From positions 2,656,001 to 2,720,000 of the forward strand of contig CBDETY010000003.1 in the NCBI GenBank assembly GCA_965243025.1: a DNA stretch of 64,000 nucleotides. Direction: 5' to 3'. Shown here in pieces: positions 29,405 through 38,776 of the stretch (positions are counted from its first letter, which is position 1; each line of letters opens with the position of its first letter). A program made the translations under genes and the position numbers. The notes beneath the pieces were generated by a model. That model was not told the DNA's origin. It saw only the letters and a list, made by a program, of their open reading frames with translations, and made no database searches. The DNA comes from Candidatus Latescibacterota bacterium (GTDB lineage: Bacteria; Latescibacterota; UBA2968; UBA8231).

Positions 29405-31783
29405 TCACGCCCTGCCCTCGCGCAGCTGCAGCAACGCCGGCAAGAGGGTGACCGCGGCGACGAAGCAGCAGCCCAGCCCGAACAGCGAAACCGTGCCGAT
29501 CCAGTAGAGCGCCGGGTGGTGGGCGGGCACCAGCCCGGCGAACCCGACCATCGTCGTCATCGTCGTCGCAACCAGCGCCACTCCGGTGGTGCGCAGCACC
29601 AGGCGCAGCGAGCCCTTCCCGGACTCGCGGTAGCGGTGGAAGATGTGCACGGCGTTGTCGATACCCATGCCGATGATCGTCGGGAAGGCGACCATGTTGT
29701 AGATGTTGACGCGGTAGTCGAGCAGGTACATGAACCCGGTCACCCAGGCCAGGGCGGTCAGCAACGGCGTCAGCACGAGCACGGTGTCGACGGGGTTGCG
29801 CAGATCGATAAGCAGAACCGCGAAGACGACGAGCAGGGTCACCACCACCGCCTTCACCGCATCGTCGAGCATCAGCTCGAGCATCTCGGCGAAGATGATG
29901 TGGGCGCTCGAGGCGTGCCAGGTGCTCTCCCCGGTGCGGATCTCCTTGATCTCGCGGGCGAAGTTCATGGCGTTGCGGCCGTCGCGGAGAGGAACCGCGG
30001 CGTTGATCATCACGAACGACAGGATGTCGCCGTCCTTGCTCGAAAAGCTCTTGGTAAGGTCCTCGGGCAGATCTTCCAGGGTGAGCCGCTCGACCTCCAG
30101 GTACTGCCGCAGGGAATCGAGGCGGGCCCGGTCGCCTTCGCTCAACAGCTTCTCGTTGCCCTCGACGAGGGCGCGGATGTCGGCGATCAGCGCGAGCTTG
30201 GCCTCCTGGTCCGCCGGCAGGGCGCTGTAGACGCTCTTGACCGAGCGGATGGTCGACGAATCCCCCCGGGCGGCCCTGATCCTCTTCACGGCCGCAACCA
30301 CTTCCGTCGCTTCCTCGAAGCTCTCGGTCAGAACGATCGCCGGGGAGCGGGTCTCCTTGAGATCCTCGGGAAGCGTCGCCTGCGGGCCGGAGCGCGGCAG
30401 CTCCGGACGCAGCTTCTTGAAGTCGTACTCGAACTGGAGGTCGTTCAGGTGGTAGAGGGAATAGGCGGTAGCGGCCAGCCCGAGAGCCACCGTCGCGATC
30501 GAGAAAGGATAGCGGCCCATGCGCAGCAGGTGGACGGGAACGCTCTTCTGCTGCAGCCGGATCAGGTCCAGGCGCTCGGCGAGCACGATGAAGGCGGGAC
30601 AGACGACGAGCATCGCCCCGAGAGAGAAGAGGATGCCGGTGCCGACGATGAACCCGAACTCCGAGAACCCCTTGAAATCGGAAAACAGCAGCGAGAAGAA
30701 GGCTACGGAGGTGGTGACCGCGGTGGTCGTCAGGGCGCTGCCGGTGTGGACCACGGTCTCGACGAGGGCGTCCTCGGTGCCCATGCCGCGGCGGCGGGCT
30801 TCGCGGTAGCGGGCGAAGATGTGGATGCCGAAATCGATGCCGAGGCCGAACAGGATCGCGAACAGGCAGACAGTGATCTGGTTGAGGTTGCCGATGACGA
30901 CCTTGGTCAGGCCGAAGGTCCAGGCAAGCGACATCAGCAGCGGAACGATGATGAAGATCGGCGCGAAAACCTGGCGGAAGTGGAAGGATATGAGCAGCAG
31001 AACCCCGACGAAGGCCAGCATCGCCGAAGACTTGAGATCGTCGACGACGACCTCGTACTGCTGGGAGGCGTTCTTGAAGCTGCCCTGGTAGTCGCACTGG
31101 ATGTCGGGGTGGAAACGGGCCGGGTCGATCGCCGCGATGGTCTCGTCCAGGCTGCGGCGCAGCTGGCGGGTGAACTCGATGTCGGTTATCACCCCGGTCG
31201 GATACAGGCGCAGGATCACCCCATTCTTTTCCTCGGTCAGGTAGAAATCCTTCTCGAGGCCGCTGGCCTGGTGCCCCTCGTACTTCCGCTCGATGTCGCT
31301 GAAATCGAGGCCATCCCCCTCTGCGTCCTCCTCCCCGAACCCGAAGTAGAGGGGGGAGCGTTTCAGCTTTTCGAGCTCGACGTGGTCCTCGACGCGGCGG
31401 CGGATCTCCTCGAGATCCCCGGTCTCCATGTAGAGCAGGCGGTTGCGGCTGAAGAACCCGGTGCTCTTGCCGCGGATCACCGAGCTGATCAGTGGGTTGC
31501 GTTCCAGCGAGTCGGCGAGGACGAGCATGAAGTCGACGCAGCGCTGCAGGTCGCTGCCGGTGACGATGACCATCGAAGGACCGATGCCTCCGACCCGCTC
31601 CTTGATGCGGTTGAGCTCGCGAACGCTGTTGTAGTTGTCGGGCAGCAGGTCGGCCGAATCCGCCTTGATGCGCAGCTGCACGGCGAAGCTGCCGGCTGCC
31701 AGCGACAGGGCCAACGCCACCAGGATGATGCCTATGTGGTGGTGATAGACGTAATGGACTATGCGTTCGTAGCTGACGCGCAT
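29405..31783 (-). CDS. MMPL/RND-family lipid transporter (HpnN-like)
   Basis: 792 aa with two halves: GLGIDFGIH..RYRE and GMGIDNAVH..RYRE; about 12 TM segments. Confidence 0.9.
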   Translation of the reverse strand: MRVSYERIVHYVYHHHIGIILVALALSLAAGSFAVQLRIKADSADLLPDNYNSVRELNRIKERVGGIGPSMVIVTGSDLQRCVDFMLVLADSLERNPLISSVIRGKSTGFFSRNRLLYMETGDLEEIRRRVEDHVELEKLKRSPLYFGFGEEDAEGDGLDFSDIERKYEGHQASGLEKDFYLTEEKNGVILRLYPTGVITDIEFTRQLRRSLDETIAAIDPARFHPDIQCDYQGSFKNASQQYEVVVDDLKSSAMLAFVGVLLLISFHFRQVFAPIFIIVPLLMSLAWTFGLTKVVIGNLNQITVCLFAILFGLGIDFGIHIFARYREARRRGMGTEDALVETVVHTGSALTTTAVTTSVAFFSLLFSDFKGFSEFGFIVGTGILFSLGAMLVVCPAFIVLAERLDLIRLQQKSVPVHLLRMGRYPFSIATVALGLAATAYSLYHLNDLQFEYDFKKLRPELPRSGPQATLPEDLKETRSPAIVLTESFEEATEVVAAVKRIRAARGDSSTIRSVKSVYSALPADQEAKLALIADIRALVEGNEKLLSEGDRARLDSLRQYLEVERLTLEDLPEDLTKSFSSKDGDILSFVMINAAVPLRDGRNAMNFAREIKEIRTGESTWHASSAHIIFAEMLELMLDDAVKAVVVTLLVVFAVLLIDLRNPVDTVLVLTPLLTALAWVTGFMYLLDYRVNIYNMVAFPTIIGMGIDNAVHIFHRYRESGKGSLRLVLRTTGVALVATTMTTMVGFAGLVPAHHPALYWIGTVSLFGLGCCFVAAVTLLPALLQLREGRA

Positions 31784-31793
31784 CGCTTCCCGA

Positions 31794-32420
31794 TCAGTCG
31801 GCCGACAGGCCCTCGAGCTGGCTCTTGAGCCGCTGCAGCAGCTTCTCGAAGGAGTGGCGCTCGATGTAGCGGGCGTACTGGCGGCGGTTGCCCGCGGCGG
31901 TTCCGGCGCCGTCGATGGCGAGATCGTAGATGCGCCAGCCGCCGTCTACCCGGTGCAGGTGGTAGGTGATGGGGACGCGCTCGCGCCGCAGCGGGGCGGT
32001 GGCCTCGACGGTTGCCCGGCCGCCGGCGGTCTCCTCCCCCCGGTACTCGATGCCCCCCTCGCGGTAGTAGCGCACGAAGCTGTCGAAGTTCCGCTCCTCG
32101 ACGATGCGCCGGAAGGTCTCGACGAACTCGGTCCGCTCGGCTTCGCTGCGCCCCTCCCAGTGGTCCCCCAGCGACAGGCGGGCGAGCTCCACGAAGTCGA
32201 AGGCGAGGTTGATGCGCTCCTTCACCCGCAGGCGGTGTTCGGCGGAGAGGCTGTCTGACGGGCTCGCAGCCAGTATGTCGCGGACCGCCCGGTCCTGGGC
32301 CTCCAGGAAGGCGATGGCGTTTCCCGGCTCCGCCGCATCTCCGGCCGGTTCCTCCGCTCCCCCGGCGGTCCAGGCGGCCAGGACGAGGCCGGGCAGCAAC
32401 AGCAGCATTCTCGATGACAT
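31794..32420 (-). CDS. MlaC/Ttg2D (HpnM-like) periplasmic lipid-binding protein
   Basis: Signal peptide; FDFVELARLSLGDHW, WRIYDLAIDG...NRRQY. Confidence 0.85.
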   Translation of the reverse strand: MSSRMLLLLPGLVLAAWTAGGAEEPAGDAAEPGNAIAFLEAQDRAVRDILAASPSDSLSAEHRLRVKERINLAFDFVELARLSLGDHWEGRSEAERTEFVETFRRIVEERNFDSFVRYYREGGIEYRGEETAGGRATVEATAPLRRERVPITYHLHRVDGGWRIYDLAIDGAGTAAGNRRQYARYIERHSFEKLLQRLKSQLEGLSAD

Positions 32421-32431
32421 GTAAACCCCCT

Positions 32432-33823
32432 CTATGGCCCCGGGGCGGCCCGGCCCGCGGCCGTCTCGGCAGGTCCCCGGCCCGCCGTGGGGGGCGGGTC
32501 GGGCAGGCACTCGCAGTGGTTGCGCACTTCCCCCCTCTCGAGCGCCTCGCGCGTCCACACCCGCAGGTCGGCGTAGTGCGCCTCGGCGTAGGAATGGGTG
32601 GAGTTGGCGTCTGTCAGTATGCCGAGACCGCGCGTCCGGCTTTTCGGTTCCCCCCCGTAGACGCGGTCGTAGTCGGCGAGCAGGTCGACCTGCTCGAACA
32701 CCCAGCGCCCGAGGTTGTCCGCACCCGTCTCGACGACGAAGAACCAGGGTCTTGCAAAGCGCTTGCGGCGGTCGACCGTCCCCTCCGGCAGGGTCGTGCT
32801 CCACACGTACTTGATCTGCCGGGGAATGCCCAGCCAGTTCTGGGAGAAGAAGACGTAGAGGCCGGCGGCGCTGTCGTTCGTGGGGCCGTAGCGCTCGTCG
32901 CCTCCCGGGGGCAGCGACTCGGCCCGCCAGCACCAGGTCAGGATCGGGAACTTCCGGGGATTCCAGTGCGAAACCTTGAGGATGATTATCGAGCTGCCTG
33001 AATCCCGGGCCGCGAGGAAGCGCTGATCGCCGGCCGCGAGCACCGCGTACGGCTTGGGCTTGTCGCGGTCCTTGTCTCTCCAACCCCAGCCCTCGGGCAC
33101 GCGGCCGGACTCGGTGGTCGAGAAATCCTCGAGGACGACGTACGGCCGCTGCCGCATGCGCGCCTCGAGCACCGGCAGGGAGTACTCCTTTTCCAGGATC
33201 TCTTCGAAACGTCCCCGCAGCAGTTTGCTGGCGCTCCCGTCCCCGGTCTCGACGTCGACCAGCCGCCAGTCCCGCCCCTCGGCCCGCAGCTTCAGGGTCA
33301 GGGAGAGCGGCTCCCGGCCGGGCCCGGTCTCGGCTGCGACCTCCACCTCGGCGTCGCTGCCGCCCTGGTCGATCTCCACCAGGTGAAGGGAGGCCATCGG
33401 CGCCTCGCGGAGCCAGGCGGCGAGAGCGGAAATCCAGTAGGCGCGGAATTTCCCCTGCAGGCGCTCTTCGTGGCGGGCGACGAAGTCCTCGAGCTTCTCT
33501 TCGGACATGAACTTGCCGTACTCCTCAAGGGTTTCTTCGCAGTAGTCGCGGAACACCCGCCTGGTGAAGCGCTCGTGATCGACGCGGCGGCCGGCGAATT
33601 CGTCGAGGAAGCCGTCGAGGGAGGCGGTGGAATCGGCGAGGGCGGCGTTGAACCGCGCCAGGTCCTCTCGCAGCTCCACCCAGGCGGCCCGATCCGGTTG
33701 CCCCCCGGCGACGTCGCAACAGAGGGCGAGGGCTCCGCAAAGGGCGGCCCCCCTGCGCAGTGCCGGGTACACGAGGGCAAAAAGGCCGGAGCGACGGCGG
33801 GAATCCACGGCTGTCACGGTCAT
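32432..33823 (-). CDS. MlaC-like domain fused to DUF3047 domain
   Basis: N-half VDHERFTRRV...WRLVDVETGDGS (MlaC-like); C-half PILTWCWRA, DSAAGLYVFF, IKYVWS, GILTDANST (DUF3047-like); ATGA overlap with the TolC stop. Confidence 0.7.
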   Translation of the reverse strand: MTVTAVDSRRRSGLFALVYPALRRGAALCGALALCCDVAGGQPDRAAWVELREDLARFNAALADSTASLDGFLDEFAGRRVDHERFTRRVFRDYCEETLEEYGKFMSEEKLEDFVARHEERLQGKFRAYWISALAAWLREAPMASLHLVEIDQGGSDAEVEVAAETGPGREPLSLTLKLRAEGRDWRLVDVETGDGSASKLLRGRFEEILEKEYSLPVLEARMRQRPYVVLEDFSTTESGRVPEGWGWRDKDRDKPKPYAVLAAGDQRFLAARDSGSSIIILKVSHWNPRKFPILTWCWRAESLPPGGDERYGPTNDSAAGLYVFFSQNWLGIPRQIKYVWSTTLPEGTVDRRKRFARPWFFVVETGADNLGRWVFEQVDLLADYDRVYGGEPKSRTRGLGILTDANSTHSYAEAHYADLRVWTREALERGEVRNHCECLPDPPPTAGRGPAETAAGRAAPGP

Positions 33824-35181
33824 TCGAACGACGAGGTCATTCCCGCGGTCCGCTCCAGGCGGGCGACTGCAATGTTGAATTCGTACACCGCCTCGTAGAA
33901 CCCCTGCTCCGCCCCGGCGAAGGCCTCGAAAGCGCTGACCAGCTCCTTTACCTGCCCCGGGTCGAGCTCGTACTCGTCGCGGGCGGTCCGCAGCCAGCGG
34001 CGCGCGATGCTGCGCGCTTCCCGCGCCGACTCCAGTCCGTCCCGAGCGCGCTCCCAGTCGGCGAAAGCCCGCTCGATTTCCAGCCGGATACCCTGGACCG
34101 CTCCCCTCTCCTTGGCGCGCAACTGGTAGAGATCGGCCCGCGCCCGGGCCGCTTCCGCCTTCAGCAGTCCCCACTCGAACGACTGCCGCAGCCCGAGGAA
34201 GACCCCGCCGTTGAAATAGTTGAACTCGTCCTTGACGAAGGGATTGCGCTGGTCGGTGCGATTCGGGGCGACGGCGTAGCGCATCCCCCCGGTCAGGAAC
34301 AACTGCGGCAGGTAGGCTTTGGCGGTCGCCTCCTGCACAGCCTCCCTGGCGGCGATTCCCGCCCGCAACCGGCGCCAGTCGGGCCGCTTCCCGAAGGCGA
34401 GGGCGAACAGCGAATCCCGGGGCGGCACCTCGGACCGGGCCGGCTCGATCCACTCCTGCTCGAGCTCCAGCGGCGCATCCTCCGGGAGGCCGGCGGTCCA
34501 GGCGAGGGCCCGGCGCGCCAGCGCCTCCTGGTCGACGGCTTCCCGCCGGCGCCGCTCCAGCTCGATCAGGGCGAGCTCGAGCTTGTACGGCGCCGACAGC
34601 GGAATCGAGGGATCGTCCGGCGACACCCCCTCCCGGTGCGTGCGCAGCTCTTCACCCAGACGTTCGGCGAGGGCGGCGAGATCCCGGGCCGCGAGAAGGC
34701 CGTGGTACAGCTCCTTCACCTGCAGGGCGACGTCGAGCTCGACGCCGGCGAGCGACGACTCCTCCACCTCGACCCCGGCGGCGGCGGCTTCCCGCAGACT
34801 GCGCAGGTAGCCGAAGGTGTAGAGCGGTTGCACGAACTGCAGCTCGGTGCGGTTGAAGACCCCGAGGGAACGGAACCCGGTGGTGTCCTGCGGGGGGTTG
34901 AAAACGTCACCTTCGGCGTCCGGCGCCAGTCCCGAGGCGCTCTCGAGCCGCAGCCTCGGCAGCAGCCCGGACGCCCGGGCTTCGTCGAGACGGGCCTCTG
35001 CGCCGCGCACCCGCCATCTCCCCTCGGCGACTTCCGGGTTCTCCTCGAGGGCGCGCGCCACCAGTGCTTCCAGGGACCAGGGGGCCGCAGAAGGTGCCCG
35101 GGGAGGCTCCGGCCCCGAGGCCGACCCCGGACGCCCGGACATGGCGAGCGCCACCAGCCAGAAGAGAAGACGCGCCGGCAT
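33820..35181 (-). CDS. TolC-family outer membrane efflux protein
   Basis: Signal peptide; ALEENPEV, QPLYTFG, KRPDWRRL, YLPQLFL, FNIAVARLERTAG. Confidence 0.85.
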   Translation of the reverse strand: MPARLLFWLVALAMSGRPGSASGPEPPRAPSAAPWSLEALVARALEENPEVAEGRWRVRGAEARLDEARASGLLPRLRLESASGLAPDAEGDVFNPPQDTTGFRSLGVFNRTELQFVQPLYTFGYLRSLREAAAAGVEVEESSLAGVELDVALQVKELYHGLLAARDLAALAERLGEELRTHREGVSPDDPSIPLSAPYKLELALIELERRRREAVDQEALARRALAWTAGLPEDAPLELEQEWIEPARSEVPPRDSLFALAFGKRPDWRRLRAGIAAREAVQEATAKAYLPQLFLTGGMRYAVAPNRTDQRNPFVKDEFNYFNGGVFLGLRQSFEWGLLKAEAARARADLYQLRAKERGAVQGIRLEIERAFADWERARDGLESAREARSIARRWLRTARDEYELDPGQVKELVSAFEAFAGAEQGFYEAVYEFNIAVARLERTAGMTSSFE

Positions 35182-35183
35182 CG

Positions 35184-36242
35184 CTACCGCGGGGCGAGGT
35201 TGCCGCCGAGCCCCTCCGCCGTCCCGGCGGCGGACTCCCGGTCTTCGCCGAGGTGGACGCGAACCGAGGCGCTGGCGGCGCGGCCGAGGTACGTGAGAAA
35301 CAGCCAGCCGATCGAGATCCAGATGATCTTGCGCATGCGCTTGACGATGCCGAGGGAGAGTCCGAGAGCCGGGTTGAGTCCGAGGGTGATGAACAGGAAC
35401 ACCCCCCCTCCCTCGAGGACGCCGATGTTGGACGGCATGAAGAAGAAGAGGCTGTTGATGAGGACGGTGAGGGCCGTGATCAGGAAGGCGATCTCGAAAT
35501 CGGTTCCCGCTCCGAGGACCTCGAGAATGAGGTAGGTCTCGCAGGCTCCGAGCATCCAGCCGAGGGCGTGGAAGAACATCACCAGGGCGAAGCGCGTTTT
35601 GTGCTCCCCGTAGAAGCGGCCGATGCTGGCGTCGGTGCGGACCGCGCTGTCCATCTGGCGCGCCGCGAACTGGCCGAGGCCGACCGCCCGGAAGACCGCC
35701 AGCAGCGACGAGAACATGCTGCGGCGCTTGAGATAGAGGGCGGCCGTCAACACCGCGGCCAGCAGCCCGAGGCCGGCGAGGCCGGCCTTGACCGGAAGCG
35801 GCAGGGCCTGAGGCAGGTCCCAGTGGGCGACTACGAGGCCGAGGCCGACCAGGGTGAACATCAGGCCGGTGAAGATCTGCGCCGTCTTGTTGACCACTAC
35901 CGCGGCCAGGGACCGCGACACCGGGGACTGCTGCTTGAGCAGGAAAGCCTTGACAGGTTCGCCGCCGAGGTTGGCCAGGGGGGTCAGCTGGTTGACCGCC
36001 TCGCCGGCGAGCTTGGCCATGAACAGGGTGCGCAGGCGCGGCCGGAAGGCGTCCGGCGGGAAGGCGAAGCCCCAGGCGATGGAGTTGGTCACGTGCCACA
36101 GCAGGGCCAGCCCGAGGACGGCGGGGAACCACCCCCTCATCACCAGGAGGTTGTCGAGGATCTGTTGCAGGCCGAGAGTGCCGACGAGGTAACCGAGCAG
36201 CAGCAGGCCTAATCCCGGCAGCAGCAGGCGCAGGATCTTCAC
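35184..36242 (-). CDS. Lysylphosphatidylglycerol synthase TM-domain (UPF0104, flippase-like) membrane protein
   Basis: GTG overlapping the upstream stop; GEAVNQLTPLANLGGEPVKA, FFMPSNIGVLEGG. Confidence 0.85.
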   Translation of the reverse strand: MKILRLLLPGLGLLLLGYLVGTLGLQQILDNLLVMRGWFPAVLGLALLWHVTNSIAWGFAFPPDAFRPRLRTLFMAKLAGEAVNQLTPLANLGGEPVKAFLLKQQSPVSRSLAAVVVNKTAQIFTGLMFTLVGLGLVVAHWDLPQALPLPVKAGLAGLGLLAAVLTAALYLKRRSMFSSLLAVFRAVGLGQFAARQMDSAVRTDASIGRFYGEHKTRFALVMFFHALGWMLGACETYLILEVLGAGTDFEIAFLITALTVLINSLFFFMPSNIGVLEGGGVFLFITLGLNPALGLSLGIVKRMRKIIWISIGWLFLTYLGRAASASVRVHLGEDRESAAGTAEGLGGNLAPR

Positions 36243-37642
36243 GGAGCCGGCTCCTCGTACCCCGGTGCGCCCTCGACCTGCAGGCGGTGGGCGCTCAGCA
36301 TCTTGCGCAGGGAGATAAGCACCCCCAGGGCCAGCAGGTGGAGACCGCCCACGGTGTACCAGTAGAGGACGGCGAAGGCGTCCGCCAGGCAGCAGACGAG
36401 GAACACGAAGGAGAAGGAATCGCGCTTGGCAATGAAGGCGGAGGGCTCGAGAAGGCGATACATGAAACCCTTCTCGCTGTCGGGAACGTCCCTCGAGTAC
36501 CCGACCAGGTATTTCTGCAGCGACCCGCTGCGGGTCTTGAGGGCGTAGGTGTACATGACACCGAGAATGACGAACAGGGCTCCGACCGCGGAGAGGGCAA
36601 GGTATAGATAGAGGGGCTGGTCTCCGTAGATGCGCTGAATCCCGAACAGGAATCCGAGGTAGGCGCACAGGTAGGCGAAGTTGTCGGTCAGGGTGTCGAA
36701 CCAGGCGCCGAACTTCGACTCGGACAGCTGCACCCGGGCGATCTCCCCGTCGCAGCGGTCGAGGACCGCGGCCAGCTGCCACAGCACCCCCGCCAGGGCG
36801 AAACCGGGGTATTCGTCCGGCCGCGATATCAGCCAGGCCCCGGCAAGCCCGGGCGGCATGACGAACAGGACGGTCACGAGGTGGGGGGAGATCCCGGTTT
36901 CGATCAGCAGCTTGCTGACCGGAATCGACATGCGGGCGTTGAGGTGCCGGGATACGGGGCCGCTGGTCGCCTTGGTGACCTGGGAGAACAGCATCCCCTT
37001 GGCCTGCCGCGAGGAGCGGGAGTCGACCACCCGCCTCCACAGCGGCTCGGCCCTGGACACCGGGGCCGTTTCCACTTTCCGGCCGGCGCAGCGGCCGGCG
37101 AGGAAATCGGTCACCGCGGGGATGGCTGCCCGGTCCGCGGCCCCCGTGCCCGCGGCGGTCAGATCCGCGGCCCCGACCTCCGCACTGCAGAGAAAAGCTC
37201 CCGTCGCCACCGGACCGCCGGCGCCGTTGAGCGGTCGCAGCCGCGCCGTTCCGCTTTCGACCGCAAGGTGGAGAGCCGGATCCTGCCGGGGGGGAAGGGG
37301 GCTGGTCTGCACCACGAGGTCGGCCCCCTGCAGGCCGCGCCCGGTCAGCCGGGAAAGCGAGGTGTGGTGGTGGACGCAATCCCCCAGCAGGAGGAGAATC
37401 CCTTCGCCGGACGGGAATGGGAGGTCGGTCCCGGTGCCCCAGGACACGATCTTCAGCTGCAGGTCGAGCCGGCGGGTGACCTTTCCCAGCTTCGTCGCGG
37501 CGCCGGCGGGGACGAGGACCACGAGTCGCTCGATCCCGGCGCGCGCCATGGTGCGGATGCCGCGCTCGAGGAGGCTCAGTCCTGCGCAGCGGCGCTCCGG
37601 CCGCACTCCCCGGTCGAAAGCGAGAATGCCGTTGCGGATCAC
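36239..37642 (-). CDS. CDP-alcohol phosphatidyltransferase with N-terminal NTP-transferase-like domain
   Basis: Complete motif DRCDGEIAR...SKFGAWFDTLTD; GPVSRHLNARMS; ISPHLVT. Confidence 0.88.
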   Translation of the reverse strand: MIRNGILAFDRGVRPERRCAGLSLLERGIRTMARAGIERLVVLVPAGAATKLGKVTRRLDLQLKIVSWGTGTDLPFPSGEGILLLLGDCVHHHTSLSRLTGRGLQGADLVVQTSPLPPRQDPALHLAVESGTARLRPLNGAGGPVATGAFLCSAEVGAADLTAAGTGAADRAAIPAVTDFLAGRCAGRKVETAPVSRAEPLWRRVVDSRSSRQAKGMLFSQVTKATSGPVSRHLNARMSIPVSKLLIETGISPHLVTVLFVMPPGLAGAWLISRPDEYPGFALAGVLWQLAAVLDRCDGEIARVQLSESKFGAWFDTLTDNFAYLCAYLGFLFGIQRIYGDQPLYLYLALSAVGALFVILGVMYTYALKTRSGSLQKYLVGYSRDVPDSEKGFMYRLLEPSAFIAKRDSFSFVFLVCCLADAFAVLYWYTVGGLHLLALGVLISLRKMLSAHRLQVEGAPGYEEPAP

Positions 37643-38412
37643 GCCGGCTCCCGCGGGGGGGCGGATTCGGCGACCGCGGCCTCGAGCCGGGTGTAGCGGT
37701 CCAGCTGGCTGCGCACGTGGTCGAGGTCCGCGGCGGTGTCGACGTCGGCGCAGGGAAGGCGGCCGATGTCGCAGTAGCTGACGTGGCGGCCCTGGTCAAT
37801 TATGCCCTGTATGGCGCTCGGGAACAGGGACTGCATGGCGCCGTCGGCCATGACGCACTCTTCGAGTATGCCGCGAATCCAGTCCGCGCCGCGGCCGCTG
37901 AACCTCATGATGCCGACCGACTCCGCGGTGGTCTCGACGGCGCTGAGGTCCTTGCCGATGCGGACGATGCCGTCGCCCTCGATGGCGACCTTCATGTCCT
38001 CGTCGTCACAGGATTCCCGCCGGCGCACCATCAGGCAGCAGGGGGAATCGGAGTGCGCCAGCAGCGGCAGCGCCGCGGGACTGAAGACGTTGTCCCCGTT
38101 GATGAGCAGGAAGTCCCCGTCCATGTGCGAGCGCGCCGCCCACAGGGAGACCAGGTTGTCGGCCACCTCGTGGAAGGGATTGGAGACCAGGTGAATCCCG
38201 ATGCTCCCCGGGTAGGCCTCCGCCGCCCGGCGAACCTGGTTCATGCGGTAGCCGCAGACCAGCACCGCCTCGCCGACTCCTGCGGTCTCGAGATTGCGCA
38301 GAAGGCGCTCGAGAATGGTGGCGTCCCCGATGGGCAGCAGGCACTTGGGCAGGCTGTCGGTGAGCGGCCGGAGCCGGCTTCCGCGGCCGGCTGCGAGAAT
38401 GATCGCTTTCAC
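37639..38412 (-). CDS. Phosphocholine cytidylyltransferase-family (LicC-like) nucleotidyltransferase
   Basis: KAIILAAGRGSRL..PKCLL, NGDNVF, DEDMKV, ESVGIMRF, DVDTAADL. Confidence 0.88.
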   Translation of the reverse strand: MKAIILAAGRGSRLRPLTDSLPKCLLPIGDATILERLLRNLETAGVGEAVLVCGYRMNQVRRAAEAYPGSIGIHLVSNPFHEVADNLVSLWAARSHMDGDFLLINGDNVFSPAALPLLAHSDSPCCLMVRRRESCDDEDMKVAIEGDGIVRIGKDLSAVETTAESVGIMRFSGRGADWIRGILEECVMADGAMQSLFPSAIQGIIDQGRHVSYCDIGRLPCADVDTAADLDHVRSQLDRYTRLEAAVAESAPPREPA

Positions 38413-38776
38413 ACTACCGTGTCGGCGGGGCGAAGCTGAGGTTCGGAACGGAGGTCTGACAGCCGGTGAAAAACACACTCGAAGAAGGCCGAAAAACCGC
38501 CGCAACCCGGATGGACCAGGCGCCGGTGAGCGCTACCGTGGGCTGGTGAAATAAAGGGCCGCTCCTCTTTCGAAGCAGCCCCGGGCTCATGTTTGAATAA
38601 GCCAATAAAATGACGGCGGGTCAATGAGATAGCCGGAATCGAAAGGCTCATTCGGGGAGGGGTCCGAACAGCCGGGCGACCCCCTCAAAGCGGCCTGGAA
38701 CGGGATTCGAGAGACAGCCCCGGAAAGCTCGCCGCCTGTCCGTATATTTTTATCCTGCGCTTCCGGAAAGGCATGC

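Noticed and set aside
38410-38540. Two CACGGTAG motifs on the minus strand resembling the ops/JUMPstart element
   Set aside because: Only a partial match to GGCGGTAGnnTG, short enough to occur by chance, and no RfaH/NusG paralog in the window
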